This document shows, one piece after another, positions 25,003-36,931 of a DNA stretch of 64,000 nt; within the stretch, counting starts at the first letter, position 1; every line of letters begins with the position of its first letter. Source of the stretch: Candidatus Woesearchaeota archaeon (lineage in GTDB: Archaea; Nanobdellota; Nanobdellia; Woesearchaeales; SKIA01); assembly GCA_047602905.1 (NCBI GenBank), contig JBLKOP010000001.1, positions 26,773 to 90,772 of the forward strand, in the 5' to 3' direction. The notes below the pieces were generated by a model. The model saw only the letters and a list, made by a program, of their open reading frames with translations, made no database searches and was not told the DNA's origin. The translations under genes were made by a program, and so were the position numbers.

Positions 25003-27576
25003 ATGAATATTAAAAAAACAGCAAAGAAAATTGTTGCAGTCAGTGCAGGAATTGGTCTAGCAGGAGCTACACTAATGAGCGCAATGGCAGCAGCACCAGA
25101 CCTGGCAAACTACCCAAGCGACTTTATCGTAGACGGACAGTTTGACGGGAAGATCGTTGTCGGAGCAGCAGCAGCTAGCCAAGACATCATCGGAGCAATC
25201 GACATAGCAAGCAGCCTACAAGCAGCAAGCACAAGCCCAGTAGAAGGCGGCGACAGCACAACTGTAGTAGAAGGAGATGCTAAACAAGTAGCAGAACCAG
25301 GCGACATGCTAGAAATCGGTGAGAAAGTTAGCGACGTTCTTGAAATTCTCTCAGGCGACGACCTAGAAATGCTTTCAAGCGGACGAATCACAAACCGAAG
25401 AGGTAGCACAGACTACACACAAACACTAGAAATCGCAAGCGGTTCAGTAGCTAACCACGGAGTTGTAGGAGTCTTTGAGCAACGACTCAGAGACGGTAGC
25501 CGAAACATCGGAGACTTCCTACGATTCGGAAACGATGACTTATTTGTGTACGAGCTAGACTTTACATCAGGACTACGAAGTAACACACAAGAAATTAGTG
25601 GTGGTAACTTATGGGATTTAAGAGATCTTAAAGACCAAAGAATCAGTATGCTAGGACAGTCTTACACAATTGTAGGTGCAGAATGGCATTCTGGTGATGG
25701 AACAATCGAAATGACCTTAATGGCAGGAGATGTTAGTGACACACTAGAACAAGGACAAACACGAACCTACAGCGTTGACGGACAAGACTACGAAGTAACA
25801 GTACTCATCGTAGGACAATCCGGAGACGACAACACAGTTCGATTCCTTGTAAACGGTGAAGTAACAGACACCCTACGAGTAGGAGACACGGACACACTAA
25901 GTAACGGAATGGAAATTGGAGTACAGGAAGTTATTCGAAGCAACCGAGCATTCGAAGGTGACCAAGGAAGCCTAGTAGAATTCTACCTAGGAGCAAACAA
26001 AGTGGTCTTTAAACACAGTGGAGATGTAGAAATCGGAAACGAAAACATCAACACAGCAAGTGTAGATATCCAACACACAGCTACTGGAACAAGCCAAGTA
26101 CGAATTAACAACATTAAGTACACACTTGGAGCAGACTACGAATACCGAAGCGAAGCACACCTAGCAGCAGGACAAGGACTAGCACAGTTCCTACGATACC
26201 CTGAGGCAATGCTAAACTCAGGATGGGACATCGTCTACGAAGGACTAAGCCAACCAGCACACAGCCTTATCGAGTTTGACCCACGAGGAGACGACGAGTA
26301 CGAACTCACCTTCACAAACAGAAGAGGAGACACATTCAGCATACCGTTCCTATACGCAAGGCAATCAGATCAAACAGTGTACTTTGGAAGCGACCAAGAA
26401 AGATTACTTCTTGATGAAAGCAACGAATGGGATCACATCGCACCAGACGAGTACTTCGTAGTAACTCATAATGGGGCTGACAGTGCAGGAGATACTTATG
26501 TATTGGAATGGACAGATGTTAACACAAACGACAACATCCTACGATTCAGTCATGCAGCTACAGGAGCAGAAATTGTAAGCAGTTATACGACAGCATACAA
26601 TAGAAACGATACTGGATCTTCACCTCAAGTACAGAATGTAACCTCTGTTACTGGAGTTGATTTGAATAATCCAAGCGGTAACATCCTACTTGGTGGGCGA
26701 AGCTTCGACTTCTGGCTAAGCCATGATGGTGGAGAAAACTACCGCCTAGCTGTAGATATGAACAACGATAAAGCACTTACAAGTACAGGTGTGAACATCG
26801 TAACCCGAGGAGGAGGAATATTAAGTTTCACAGCAACAGGTGGAACTGATGTATATAACCGATCCGGACCAGGAGCAGCTAGTGTAACTGTAAGTCTACA
26901 AACGCTTGAGAAAAACATCGACGACGGTACGGAAACTGAGGGAGTAGAAACTTCTTGGACTTTCAACGCACCAGCTAATGGAGAAGTTGATCTTTCAGCA
27001 AGACCTACAAGTAACAACACGTATACGTTATACGAGCAAAAACTACGAAACGTAGACCAATACCTCGGAATGGACCGATACGGAGCTAAGTACCACACAA
27101 TCGTTGAGAGCAACAGCCCAGACACGCTACGCATCGAGTACCCACACAGCCAAGTTGAGCCACAAGTGTTCATCGTAGGCGGTGCAGTAAGTACCCGAAC
27201 AGTAGCTACCGGCGGAGCAGCTCAAGTAAACGTTCTTCCAGTAGGAATTGCAGTACTTGACAGCGACGTAAGCTTTGACCAAGACAACATGATTGTTGTA
27301 GGAGGTCCATGTGCTAACACCATCGCAGCTGAGCTACTAGGAAACCCAACTGACTGTGCAGAAGGCTTCACAGACGGAATGGGAGTAATCCAAAGCTTTG
27401 ATACCGGAGACAACTTCGCTATCTTAGTAGCAGGTTACAGCGCTCAAGACACTGTTGAGAGCAGCCGTGTTCTTGCAAGAGCAGCAACAGAAACAGTACC
27501 TTCCCTAAGCGGAACAAGCGTTGAAGTTGTTGTAGCAGGAGCAAACGACGTCTCAGTCAGAGCACCTAGCAACTAA
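25003..27576 (+). CDS. large secreted cell-surface protein (putative S-layer / surface glycoprotein), 857 aa
   Basis: Sec signal peptide MNIKKTAKKIVAVSAGIGLAGATLMSAMAAAP; many N-x-S/T sequons; GAGG 12 nt before ATG; strong hairpin terminator downstream. Confidence 0.5.
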   Translation: MNIKKTAKKIVAVSAGIGLAGATLMSAMAAAPDLANYPSDFIVDGQFDGKIVVGAAAASQDIIGAIDIASSLQAASTSPVEGGDSTTVVEGDAKQVAEPGDMLEIGEKVSDVLEILSGDDLEMLSSGRITNRRGSTDYTQTLEIASGSVANHGVVGVFEQRLRDGSRNIGDFLRFGNDDLFVYELDFTSGLRSNTQEISGGNLWDLRDLKDQRISMLGQSYTIVGAEWHSGDGTIEMTLMAGDVSDTLEQGQTRTYSVDGQDYEVTVLIVGQSGDDNTVRFLVNGEVTDTLRVGDTDTLSNGMEIGVQEVIRSNRAFEGDQGSLVEFYLGANKVVFKHSGDVEIGNENINTASVDIQHTATGTSQVRINNIKYTLGADYEYRSEAHLAAGQGLAQFLRYPEAMLNSGWDIVYEGLSQPAHSLIEFDPRGDDEYELTFTNRRGDTFSIPFLYARQSDQTVYFGSDQERLLLDESNEWDHIAPDEYFVVTHNGADSAGDTYVLEWTDVNTNDNILRFSHAATGAEIVSSYTTAYNRNDTGSSPQVQNVTSVTGVDLNNPSGNILLGGRSFDFWLSHDGGENYRLAVDMNNDKALTSTGVNIVTRGGGILSFTATGGTDVYNRSGPGAASVTVSLQTLEKNIDDGTETEGVETSWTFNAPANGEVDLSARPTSNNTYTLYEQKLRNVDQYLGMDRYGAKYHTIVESNSPDTLRIEYPHSQVEPQVFIVGGAVSTRTVATGGAAQVNVLPVGIAVLDSDVSFDQDNMIVVGGPCANTIAAELLGNPTDCAEGFTDGMGVIQSFDTGDNFAILVAGYSAQDTVESSRVLARAATETVPSLSGTSVEVVVAGANDVSVRAPSN

Positions 27577-27590
27577 AAACAAAATATTTA

Positions 27591-27624
27591 GAAGCCCCGA
27601 AAGGGGCTTCATCCCTTTTTTTTC
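27591..27624 (+). terminator. stem-loop plus T-run terminator
   Basis: GAAGCCCC-GAAA-GGGGCTTC perfect 8-bp stem followed by CCCTTTTTTTTC. Confidence 0.7.
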
Positions 27625-27709
27625 TTAACAATTTTTCTACTACTAACAAAAACTTTTCAACAAACGATTCACAACACGTATAAGAATACTAATACGCCTT
27701 ACTACTACG

Positions 27710-27823
27710 ATGCAAACAGTCACAATATCTCAAAAAGAGTACGAACGACTTAAACAAATAGAACAAGAACTAGACGCATCTCTAGAACAAGCAATAAGCG
27801 ATATTAGAAACGGACGCATTTGA
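27710..27823 (+). CDS. small ORF (37 aa), possible antitoxin-like peptide
   Basis: Hand translation MQTVTISQKEYERLKQIEQELDASLEQAISDIRNGRI. Confidence 0.2.
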   Translation: MQTVTISQKEYERLKQIEQELDASLEQAISDIRNGRI

Positions 27824-27928
27824 GTACTAAGTTTTTCTAACTGATTCAAAAACAACTCCTAAACCAATAATAAGTACTTAAAAGTGCCTAAAAGAACTTT
27901 TATATAGTCCCTCCCCCTACAAAAAACC

Positions 27929-28192
27929 ATGAGCAAAGCAATAAAACTCACCCTACCAGATAACTTAGCACAACAACTACACGAATACGCAGAAGAGCTA
28001 GGTTACACAAACATACAAGAAATAACTCTAGAAGCACTCAGAGAAAAGACCCAAAAACTACACACAATACGAGAACTATACAGAAAAAAAGCAACCAAAA
28101 ACATATCGCTACTAACACCGCAAGAAAAACAACAACTCACCCTTAGTGCAGAAGAAAACTCAAAGATTCTCAGGGAGTTTAACCTCAACTAA
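27929..28192 (+). CDS. ribbon-helix-helix protein, paralog of 22973-23245
   Basis: MSKAIKLTLPDNLAQQLHEYAEELGYTNIQEITLEALRE; TATA 25 bp upstream. Confidence 0.45.
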   Translation: MSKAIKLTLPDNLAQQLHEYAEELGYTNIQEITLEALREKTQKLHTIRELYRKKATKNISLLTPQEKQQLTLSAEENSKILREFNLN

Positions 28193-28318
28193 ATCACCAG
28201 TAAAAACCAAAAAACTTCTGCCTAGCAACAAAAATCCTTCAAGAACTCCTAAGCAATCAATAAAAACAACAAAAAACACAATTTGCAAAGGAGGAAATTT
28301 AAATAGAGAGAAACACAC

Positions 28319-28540
28319 ATGATACTCATGACAACACTTAGCGCAGTCATACAGCAAGAAGAAGACATGTACGTTGCAAGCTGCCCAGAAATAGGAACAG
28401 CAAGCCAAGGAAAAACACTAGAAGAAGCAATAAGTAATCTCAAAGAAGCAACACAACTATACCTAGAAGAATTCCCAAGAAAAAACAGCTCTCGAACAAT
28501 CCTCACAACGTTTGAGGTAAACGAGATTGCCAAAGCATAA
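28319..28540 (+). CDS. hicB: HicB-family antitoxin
   Basis: EEDMYVASCPEIGTASQGKTLEEAISNLKEATQLYLEE matches the HicB/UPF0150 pattern. Confidence 0.65.
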   Translation: MILMTTLSAVIQQEEDMYVASCPEIGTASQGKTLEEAISNLKEATQLYLEEFPRKNSSRTILTTFEVNEIAKA

Positions 28541-28757
28541 AATCATCTCAGGAGAAACATGCATAAAAATACTTTGTAAACACTTCGACTTCTTCATAGC
28601 AAGACAAAAAAGAAGCCACGTAATACTAAAGAAACACACCAGAAAAGAAACCATAGGAACAGTCGTACCCCTACACAAAGAACTACGCATAGGAACACTC
28701 AAAAGCATCCTAAAACTTGCGCGCGTACAAGAACAAGAATTTAACAAACACCTATAA
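28527..28757 (+). CDS. hicA: HicA-family toxin
   Basis: ISGETCIKILCKHFDFFIARQKRSHVILKK...TVVPLHKELRIGTLKSILKLA matches HicA; overlaps hicB by 14 nt. Confidence 0.65.
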   Translation: MPKHKIISGETCIKILCKHFDFFIARQKRSHVILKKHTRKETIGTVVPLHKELRIGTLKSILKLARVQEQEFNKHL

Positions 28758-29966
28758 CGCCTTAGCAAAGAAGATGTTGTGCTTATCACGAATGATACGA
28801 ACAAAAAACTTCTCCTTATCAGGAACACGACCAATAACCTTAACCACACGATCAGAAGCCTTACACAACGTCTCATTAGGCAAACGACCAGGAAACAACC
28901 GCTCAACCTCAACAACATCACGCTTCTTAAAAGGCTTAGGAAGCTGAGCATCCTCAACAATAGAAAAATCCTCAGGACCAAGCTTTAAACGAGTACCAAA
29001 CTGCTTCTCCAACTCAAGAATCTTCTCAGTAAACCCATCCCAACCAACCTCCTCAACAGGATTACGACCACCCTTATAAAAAAGAAAATTCTGAAAACCA
29101 ACAACAGGCTCCACAGAACGAACAGACAAACCAAACTCAACAAAAGACTCCATCTCATGCTCATTAACGCCCCGCATAATAACAGGACAAACCAAACAAT
29201 CAATCTTATCAGAAGCATACACAACAGCCCTTTTTGTACGCTCAACATCATACGGCATACCAGCAATTTCCTCAGCCAAAGAAGGATCCAAACTATTAAT
29301 AGACCAATTAATCTGATCCAAACCAGCAGCAACATACGCATCAATACGAGAAGGAGACAAAAACGTACCATTAGTAACCATAGTAACCTTAACCACATCA
29401 TCACGCTTTTTCAATTCACTAATCAACTCAGGAAGCTGCCAATACAACGTAGGCTCACCCTGAGTCTCAATAAACACCTCCAAAGGAGCAGACTTAACAG
29501 AAGCAACCTTAGCAAACTCAGAAAGAAAATACTCAGGCTCAACAACAAAATCACGAACCTTAACACCACCAGGACCCTCAGAAACAGAACAATACGTACA
29601 CTGCAAATTACAACCAGACATAGGACGAATCTCAATAAGATTAGTACCGCGATCAATAATACCAAACTCTAAGGAACCCTGCAAAGGAACACCAGACAAC
29701 GAATCAATATACACAGAAGGATTACCAGTAATCGTACACACCAAATCAGAACGCAAAGCAACACCAAGCAACTGCATAAAACGAGTACGCTTCTTCTCAT
29801 GACAAGAAAACACTAAACAACCATCAACAACCACATACGAACCAACAGACAACAAAGACTCATCAGACAAAAAAAAACGAAAAAAACGATGCAAAACACC
29901 AAAAACACCACCACCAGGAGCAGAAACAAAACGAATAGAGGAAAAACAAACCTTCATAACAAACAA
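28752..29966 (-). CDS. radical SAM protein with C-terminal TRAM-like domain
   Basis: CNLQCTYCS (CxxxCxxC) cluster motif; C-terminal beta-barrel-like VVEVERLFPGRLPNETLCKASDRVVKVIGRV; coding strand G+T-rich, NNT/NNG codons. Confidence 0.55.
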   Translation of the reverse strand: MFVMKVCFSSIRFVSAPGGGVFGVLHRFFRFFLSDESLLSVGSYVVVDGCLVFSCHEKKRTRFMQLLGVALRSDLVCTITGNPSVYIDSLSGVPLQGSLEFGIIDRGTNLIEIRPMSGCNLQCTYCSVSEGPGGVKVRDFVVEPEYFLSEFAKVASVKSAPLEVFIETQGEPTLYWQLPELISELKKRDDVVKVTMVTNGTFLSPSRIDAYVAAGLDQINWSINSLDPSLAEEIAGMPYDVERTKRAVVYASDKIDCLVCPVIMRGVNEHEMESFVEFGLSVRSVEPVVGFQNFLFYKGGRNPVEEVGWDGFTEKILELEKQFGTRLKLGPEDFSIVEDAQLPKPFKKRDVVEVERLFPGRLPNETLCKASDRVVKVIGRVPDKEKFFVRIIRDKHNIFFAKAL

Positions 29967-30043
29967 GAAAAAAACAACGATTTAAGAAACTACCCCCAAA
30001 CAACAAAACAACCTTTAAATACAACAACACAGAAACAAACACC

Positions 30044-30685
30044 ATGGGGGAAGAAATAAGCTACGAAGAACTCTTCGACACAGTACGACGAGAACGAGCA
30101 AGAGAACAACTACAAGAAATACAAGAAAACTTCTACGAACAAGCAAAAAAACACCAAGAACAACTAGAACAAGAAATACGACAAAAAGACCCACTAGACC
30201 CACAAACAGACAACACAAGAACACAACTCACCAACAGCAAAAAACTCCTACGAGAACTCTACGACAGAAGAGAAAAAAAAATACTCCTCCTAGCACTCAA
30301 CAAAGCAAGAACCAACAGCAACCTCATAGACACAAGCACAATAACAACAAACGAACAACCACTATACAAACAACTCCTAGAAACACTCAAAGAACACAGA
30401 GAAAACAACAACATACAAACACCAAAACCACCAACAACAATACCAGACCCAAGAGAGAAAACAACTAAGAGCAGCGCCCAGAGCACTGAGAGCAGAACTC
30501 AAAATACAGAGAACAAAACACAAAGCACAGAAAACAACACAACAATAACAATAACCAAACAAACACCAAAATTCATAGGAACAAACGGACAAACACACGG
30601 ACCATACAACCAAGGAAGCACAGTAGAACTCCCAAACAACATAGCACAAATACTCATACGAAAAGGAAGAGCAGAACAAACATAA
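30044..30685 (+). CDS. GINS-subunit-like replication protein (Gins51-like) with T/N/Q-rich insertion
   Basis: N-terminal YEELFDTVRRERAREQLQEIQENFYEQ and C-terminal GSTVELPNNIAQILIRKGRAE resemble archaeal GINS; weak. Confidence 0.3.
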   Translation: MGEEISYEELFDTVRRERAREQLQEIQENFYEQAKKHQEQLEQEIRQKDPLDPQTDNTRTQLTNSKKLLRELYDRREKKILLLALNKARTNSNLIDTSTITTNEQPLYKQLLETLKEHRENNNIQTPKPPTTIPDPREKTTKSSAQSTESRTQNTENKTQSTENNTTITITKQTPKFIGTNGQTHGPYNQGSTVELPNNIAQILIRKGRAEQT

Positions 30686-30692
30686 AAACAAA

Positions 30693-30705
30693 AGTTTATA
30701 AACAA
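30693..30705 (+). promoter_or_regulatory. TATA box (AAAGTTTATAAAC), candidate rRNA operon promoter
   Basis: Archaeal TATA consensus about 290 nt upstream of 16S 5' end. Confidence 0.35.
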
Positions 30706-30984
30706 ACCACGTATTCTTGCAACGCTACAAAAAAAACGTAGCACAATCACCACCGCAAACCCACACAAGGGAACGCACACACTCCGAAAAGGAGAAATCA
30801 CACTTGCAACACAAACAAACAGATTTGTGAGCAACAAAAAGGGTCACATAAACAAACAATATGTGGCAGAGTAGACACGCAACAATTGACGCAATTCCGC
30901 AAAAAAAAACATTTTTTTGTGTACAAGAACTTGCGACCAAAAAAGTACAAACATAACAATAATAGCAAAATTATGCTAGAACAG

Positions 30985-32458
<1,474 letters not shown>

Positions 32459-32564
32459 TCTTTTTTTTTCAACAAAGAAAATCAAGAAAACGATGAACAA
32501 GTTCATCAAACAAAAACACGTTGCGTGTCACTCAAACCCTTTCCCATTCACCAACCACACGATC

Positions 32565-32637
32565 GGGCTCTTAGCTCAGTTGGTAGAGCGCCCGCTTTGC
32601 AAGCGGGAGGCCACGGGTTCGACTCCCGTAGAGTCCA
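32565..32637 (+). tRNA. tRNA-Ala (anticodon TGC) in the 16S-23S spacer
   Basis: GGGCTCT acceptor with G3:U70, anticodon loop CTTTGCAAG. Confidence 0.85.
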
Positions 32638-32877
32638 TTTACGCCACGCGCGTCAAAAAAGACCGTGTGGTATAATGAAAAACCGATCACGACGTAACAA
32701 TCGTGATCTCAGACAGAGATGCAAGTTCACTGCAGATTGTACCTACAATCAACGTACCAAGCAGTGTTCTTCACAACGAATTGCATTCATGACGTCACGC
32801 ATACACAAACCACAATATCCTGGAAATAACACCAAATTTTAGTAACGCAAGTTACTAAAAGACGCTAAACACTACAC

Positions 32878-35765
32878 TAGGTGTTTAGCGGATTGGAGGA
32901 ATGTTTCTTGGTGGATAGCTTGGCTTATCAAATGCGATGAAGGACGTGGCAAGCTGCGAAAAGGTTGGGCGAGGCGCAAGCAGCCTACGAACCCAACATA
33001 TCCGAATGCGACATCGCCAAAGAATACCGACAGGTAAGCAAACGCGGGGAATTGAAACGTCTTAGTACCCGCAGGAAAAGAAATCAACAGAGATACCCTT
33101 ATTAGCAGCGAGCGAAAAGGGCAAAGGGCAAACTGAATCCTCTGCAGAAATGCAGTTGGAAATGTAGTGTATAGGGACCTCACAACGGTACCTCTCTTTG
33201 AGATATGAAGTCCGCTGGAAAGCGGCAGCACAGAGGGTGAAACTCCCGTAATAGAATCAAAGAAGGACCAGAGGAATCCCGGAGTAAGGCGTCTTGGTTT
33301 TGGCGTCTGAAGATAGGAGTCATCAACTTCTAACCCTAAATAATCGATAAGTCCGATAGAGAACAAGTACCGTGAGGGAAAGCTGAAAAGAACCCGTGAC
33401 AGGGAATGAAAAGACCTTGAAACCAAGAAATTATAGTGAAGTACGCAACTAACGAGGTTGTGTACTGTTCGTTTTGAATAACGAGCCCGGGAGTGCGTCT
33501 CTGTGGCGAGGAAAACTCGACACGAGTGATCCGAAGCGAAAGCGACAGCTTGCAGCTTGCAAGAAGCGAGGTATGAAAGTGCCTGGAGTCACAGGGATTC
33601 GACCCGAAACCGGTCGAACTAGGCGTGGGTAGGGTGAAGCGTCGGTAAAACGACGTGGAGGCCCGAAGAGGTGCTGTGAACAAGCGTTCTCCTAACCTGC
33701 GTCTAGGGGTGAAAAGCCAATCGAGACCGGTGATAGCTGGTTCCTACCAAAGTTGACCGTAGTCAAGCCTTGAGCGAGACCGTATTCGCGGTAGAGATAC
33801 GGATTGGGGATGCAGGGGAAGAAATTCCTCGGTTCCTTGTCCAACTCCGAATGCGAATACATCGTAGACCTCAGGAGACGGTGGCACGGGGTAAGCCTGT
33901 GTCACGAGAGGGAAACAACCCAGATGAATGTTAAGGTCCCAAAGTACTGTTTAAGTGTTAACGGGTGAAGATTGTTGGTGTCCATAGACAGCGAGGAGGT
34001 TGGCTTAGAAGCAGCCACCCTATAATAAGTGCGTAACAGCTTACTTGTCAAGGGCGCCAGTATCGAAAATGGACGGGGCTAAATCAGTCACCGATACATT
34101 CAGCAGAAATGCGGTAGGTAGGCGTAGTGGTCGGGTAGAAGCGTGTTCGTGAGATCACGTGGACTAGCCACTAACGAAAATCCGGGTAATAGTAGGATCT
34201 GAGCATAGTGAGAATCTATGTCACCGAAAGGGCAAGGGTTCCTTGACACTGTACATCAGTTAAGGGTTAGTCGATCCTAATTCCCATCCTAACTGGATGA
34301 GAGAAAGAAAGGGAAACAGGTTAATATTCCTGTACCAAAGTACTAGACGGCGACGTGAAGTCGTATAGCCGACGCTTTGGGCTAAGAAAACACAGTCAAA
34401 TGTGTTAAGCAAGACATGTCTTTGGAGTGCTGTCATGGCGAGAAAAAGACAAAATTGTGATGAGTGCTTCGTATGAAGCATTTTTCTGATGCCTAGAGCC
34501 CATGAAAAGGAAATACGAAGCGACGTACTTTGATCGTACCCAGAACCGGCACAGGTGCCCCTAGGTTAGAAGCCTCAGGTGTGAAAGGATACTGTAGTTA
34601 AGGGAATTCGGCAAATTAGCCACGTGCCTTCGGCATAAGTGGTCCCTGCGCTTGTAGCAATGCGAGTGCAGGGTGCAATAACAAAGGAGTTCCGACTGTT
34701 TAACAAAAACTTAACTGGCTGCTAACCCGCAAGGGCTTGTATAGCCGGTGACGTCTGCCCAGTGCCAATACCTAAAAGTCCCGTTCAAGGGGCCTAAGGG
34801 CTGGTAAACGGCGGGGGTAACTATAACTCTCTTAAGGTAGCGAAATGCCTTGCCGTTTAATTGACGGCCTGCATGAATGGCGTAACGAGATCTCCACTGT
34901 CCCTAACTACACCCTTCCGAAAATTCCTCCTGGTGCAAAGGCCAGGGACTTCCAGTGGGAAGTGAAGACCCCGTGAAACTTTACTGTAACCTGTTGCTGT
35001 GATGTGGCTTTTGACGTGAAGGCTAGGTAGTAGCAATCGAAGGGCGCGCGCTAGCGCGTCTGGATGCGAAAGATGGGACACTACCCTTCAACAACTGCAT
35101 TACTTACCTCCAAAGAGAGGGACACCAGCAGGCGGACAGTTTGGCTGGGATGGCACACCGTCGAAAATGTATCGATGGTGCCCAAAGGTTGGCTCAGACG
35201 GGTCAGAAATCCGTCGTAGAGTGCAAGAGCAAAAGCCAGCCTAACTGGGATCTCAACATGACAGATCTCAGTACAGAAATGTAGGTCTAGCGAACCCCTG
35301 TAGCTCCTTGATGGGGCTCAGGTATGACCGAAAAGTTACTCCGGGGATAACAGAGTTGTCCCGCCCGAGAGCTCGTATCGACGGCGGGGCTTGCTACATC
35401 GATGTCGGCTCTTCCTATCCTGGCCGTGCAGAAGCGGCCAAGGGTGAGGGTGTTCACCTATTAAAAGGGATCGTGAGCTGGGTTCAGAACGCTGTGAGGC
35501 AGTTTGTTTATTATCTACTGGAAGTGTGGACTATCTGAGAGGAAGGATCGTTTAGTACGAGAGGAACGATGGTTCGTCGCCACTGGTCTATCGGTTGTCT
35601 TACAAGGCAGGCCGAGCAGCTACGCGATATCTGATAAGCGCTGAAAGCATCTAAGTGCGAAGCAGTCCTCGAAAAGAGATAGCACAACTCCGCGCAGAAC
35701 ACGCGGTTGATGGGACTGGGATGTACGCACCAAGCTTTTGCGAGGTGTTTAGTCCGCGGTTTCCA
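32878..35765 (+). rRNA. 23S rRNA (about 2.9 kb; ends approximate)
   Basis: GATGAAGGACGTGGCAAGCTGCGAAAAG near 5' end; sarcin-ricin loop region GTACGAGAGGAAC present; GC-rich relative to flanks. Confidence 0.85.
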
Positions 35766-35913
35766 ACAGGTTGGTTACCAATCTTTTGGTTTTAGTTCCT
35801 TTTGGATATTGTGGTTTGTGTATGCGTGACTTCATTTTTTTTCTTATTTTTTTGTTGTTTCTTCGGTTTTTTCTTCGTTACTTTTGTAAAGGCGTGTTTC
35901 TTTTTTTCTTGTT

Positions 35914-36309
35914 ATGTCTCGTAATCATCTTAATTTGTTGGTGTATCAGAAGGCTTACTCGTTTGTTCTTGAGTGCTATGCTGTTTGTGATTCTTTGCTT
36001 GATGCTGCTTTTTCTTCTCAGTTGCGTCGCGCGTTGTTGTCTGTTCCGTTAAATATTGCTGAGGGTTGTGGTTCTCGTTCGCAAAAAGTTTTTCGTAATC
36101 ATCTCTCCTACGCGTATGCTTCTTCTCAGGAGGTTGATGTGTTGTTGTCTTTATCTTGTGATCTTGCTTTTCTTGATGATTCGGTGGTTGTTTCTTTGCG
36201 GGAGGATTTGGATGTTGTTAAGAAGATGTTGTTTGGTTTGTTGGTTCGTGTTGAGAAGGAGATTTCTGGTGGTCGGCGTTATTCTTCGTATCGTTCTTCT
36301 AGTTCTTGA
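35914..36309 (+). CDS. four-helix-bundle protein of the 23S-rRNA-IVS-protein / Avd family
   Basis: LLVYQKAYSFVLECY...SSQLRRALLSVPLNIAEGCGSRSQKVFRNHLSYAYASSQEVDVLLSLSCDLAFL follows the family pattern W-QKA...Q-RRA..SIP-NIAEG...F.....A-GS..E; coding strand G+T-rich. Confidence 0.65.
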   Translation: MSRNHLNLLVYQKAYSFVLECYAVCDSLLDAAFSSQLRRALLSVPLNIAEGCGSRSQKVFRNHLSYAYASSQEVDVLLSLSCDLAFLDDSVVVSLREDLDVVKKMLFGLLVRVEKEISGGRRYSSYRSSSS

Positions 36310-36857
36310 ATTTCTTTTTCGTATATTCTTAGTTGTTTGCTTAGTGGTTTGTACATTGTTGTTAGGTGTTGTGTTCGTTGTTGTTTTCTTTTTTTTGTGT
36401 ATACGTTCATGTCTTGGCTGTTGTCTATTACGTCTGCTAGTTTGATGATTCCTACTTGCGGGTTTGTTTTTGTTTCTTCTTGTAGTTGTTTGTGGTATTG
36501 TTTGTCTTCTTCTTGTTTGTTCTCTGGGTTTTTTGTTTTGGTGAGTGCTTGTACTATTCTTGTTACGTCTCTTCCGAAGTGTTTTTCTAGTTGTTTGCTT
36601 GTTGTTTTTGTGTCTTCTAGTGTGTCGTGTAGGAGTGCTGCTATTATTGTTGTTGGTGTTATTCTTTTGTCGGTTGTTTCTAGGAGTTTTTTGGCTACGT
36701 TTAGTGGGTGTGTTATGTATTCTTCTCCTGTTTTTCTTGTTTGTCCTTCGTGGCTTTTTTGTGCGTAGATGGCTGCGTAGAGTATGTGTTTTGCTTGTGC
36801 TTCTCCGTATCTCTTGTTTGCTTTTTCGTGGATGGTTTGTAGTTCTTCTTCTTGCAT
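36279..36857 (-). CDS. HD-domain phosphohydrolase (RelA/SpoT-type HD, ppGpp-hydrolase-like)
   Basis: YITHPLNVAKKLLE...AALLHDTLEDT; 31-bp convergent overlap with 35914-36309. Confidence 0.65.
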   Translation of the reverse strand: MQEEELQTIHEKANKRYGEAQAKHILYAAIYAQKSHEGQTRKTGEEYITHPLNVAKKLLETTDKRITPTTIIAALLHDTLEDTKTTSKQLEKHFGRDVTRIVQALTKTKNPENKQEEDKQYHKQLQEETKTNPQVGIIKLADVIDNSQDMNVYTKKRKQQRTQHLTTMYKPLSKQLRIYEKEIQELEERYEE

Positions 36858-36931
36858 GTCTTTCTTGTTGTTTTGGTTGTTTTTAAGTTGGTTGGATACG
36901 TTTTTAAGTTCGTTCTTGTTCTTCTTGTTTT

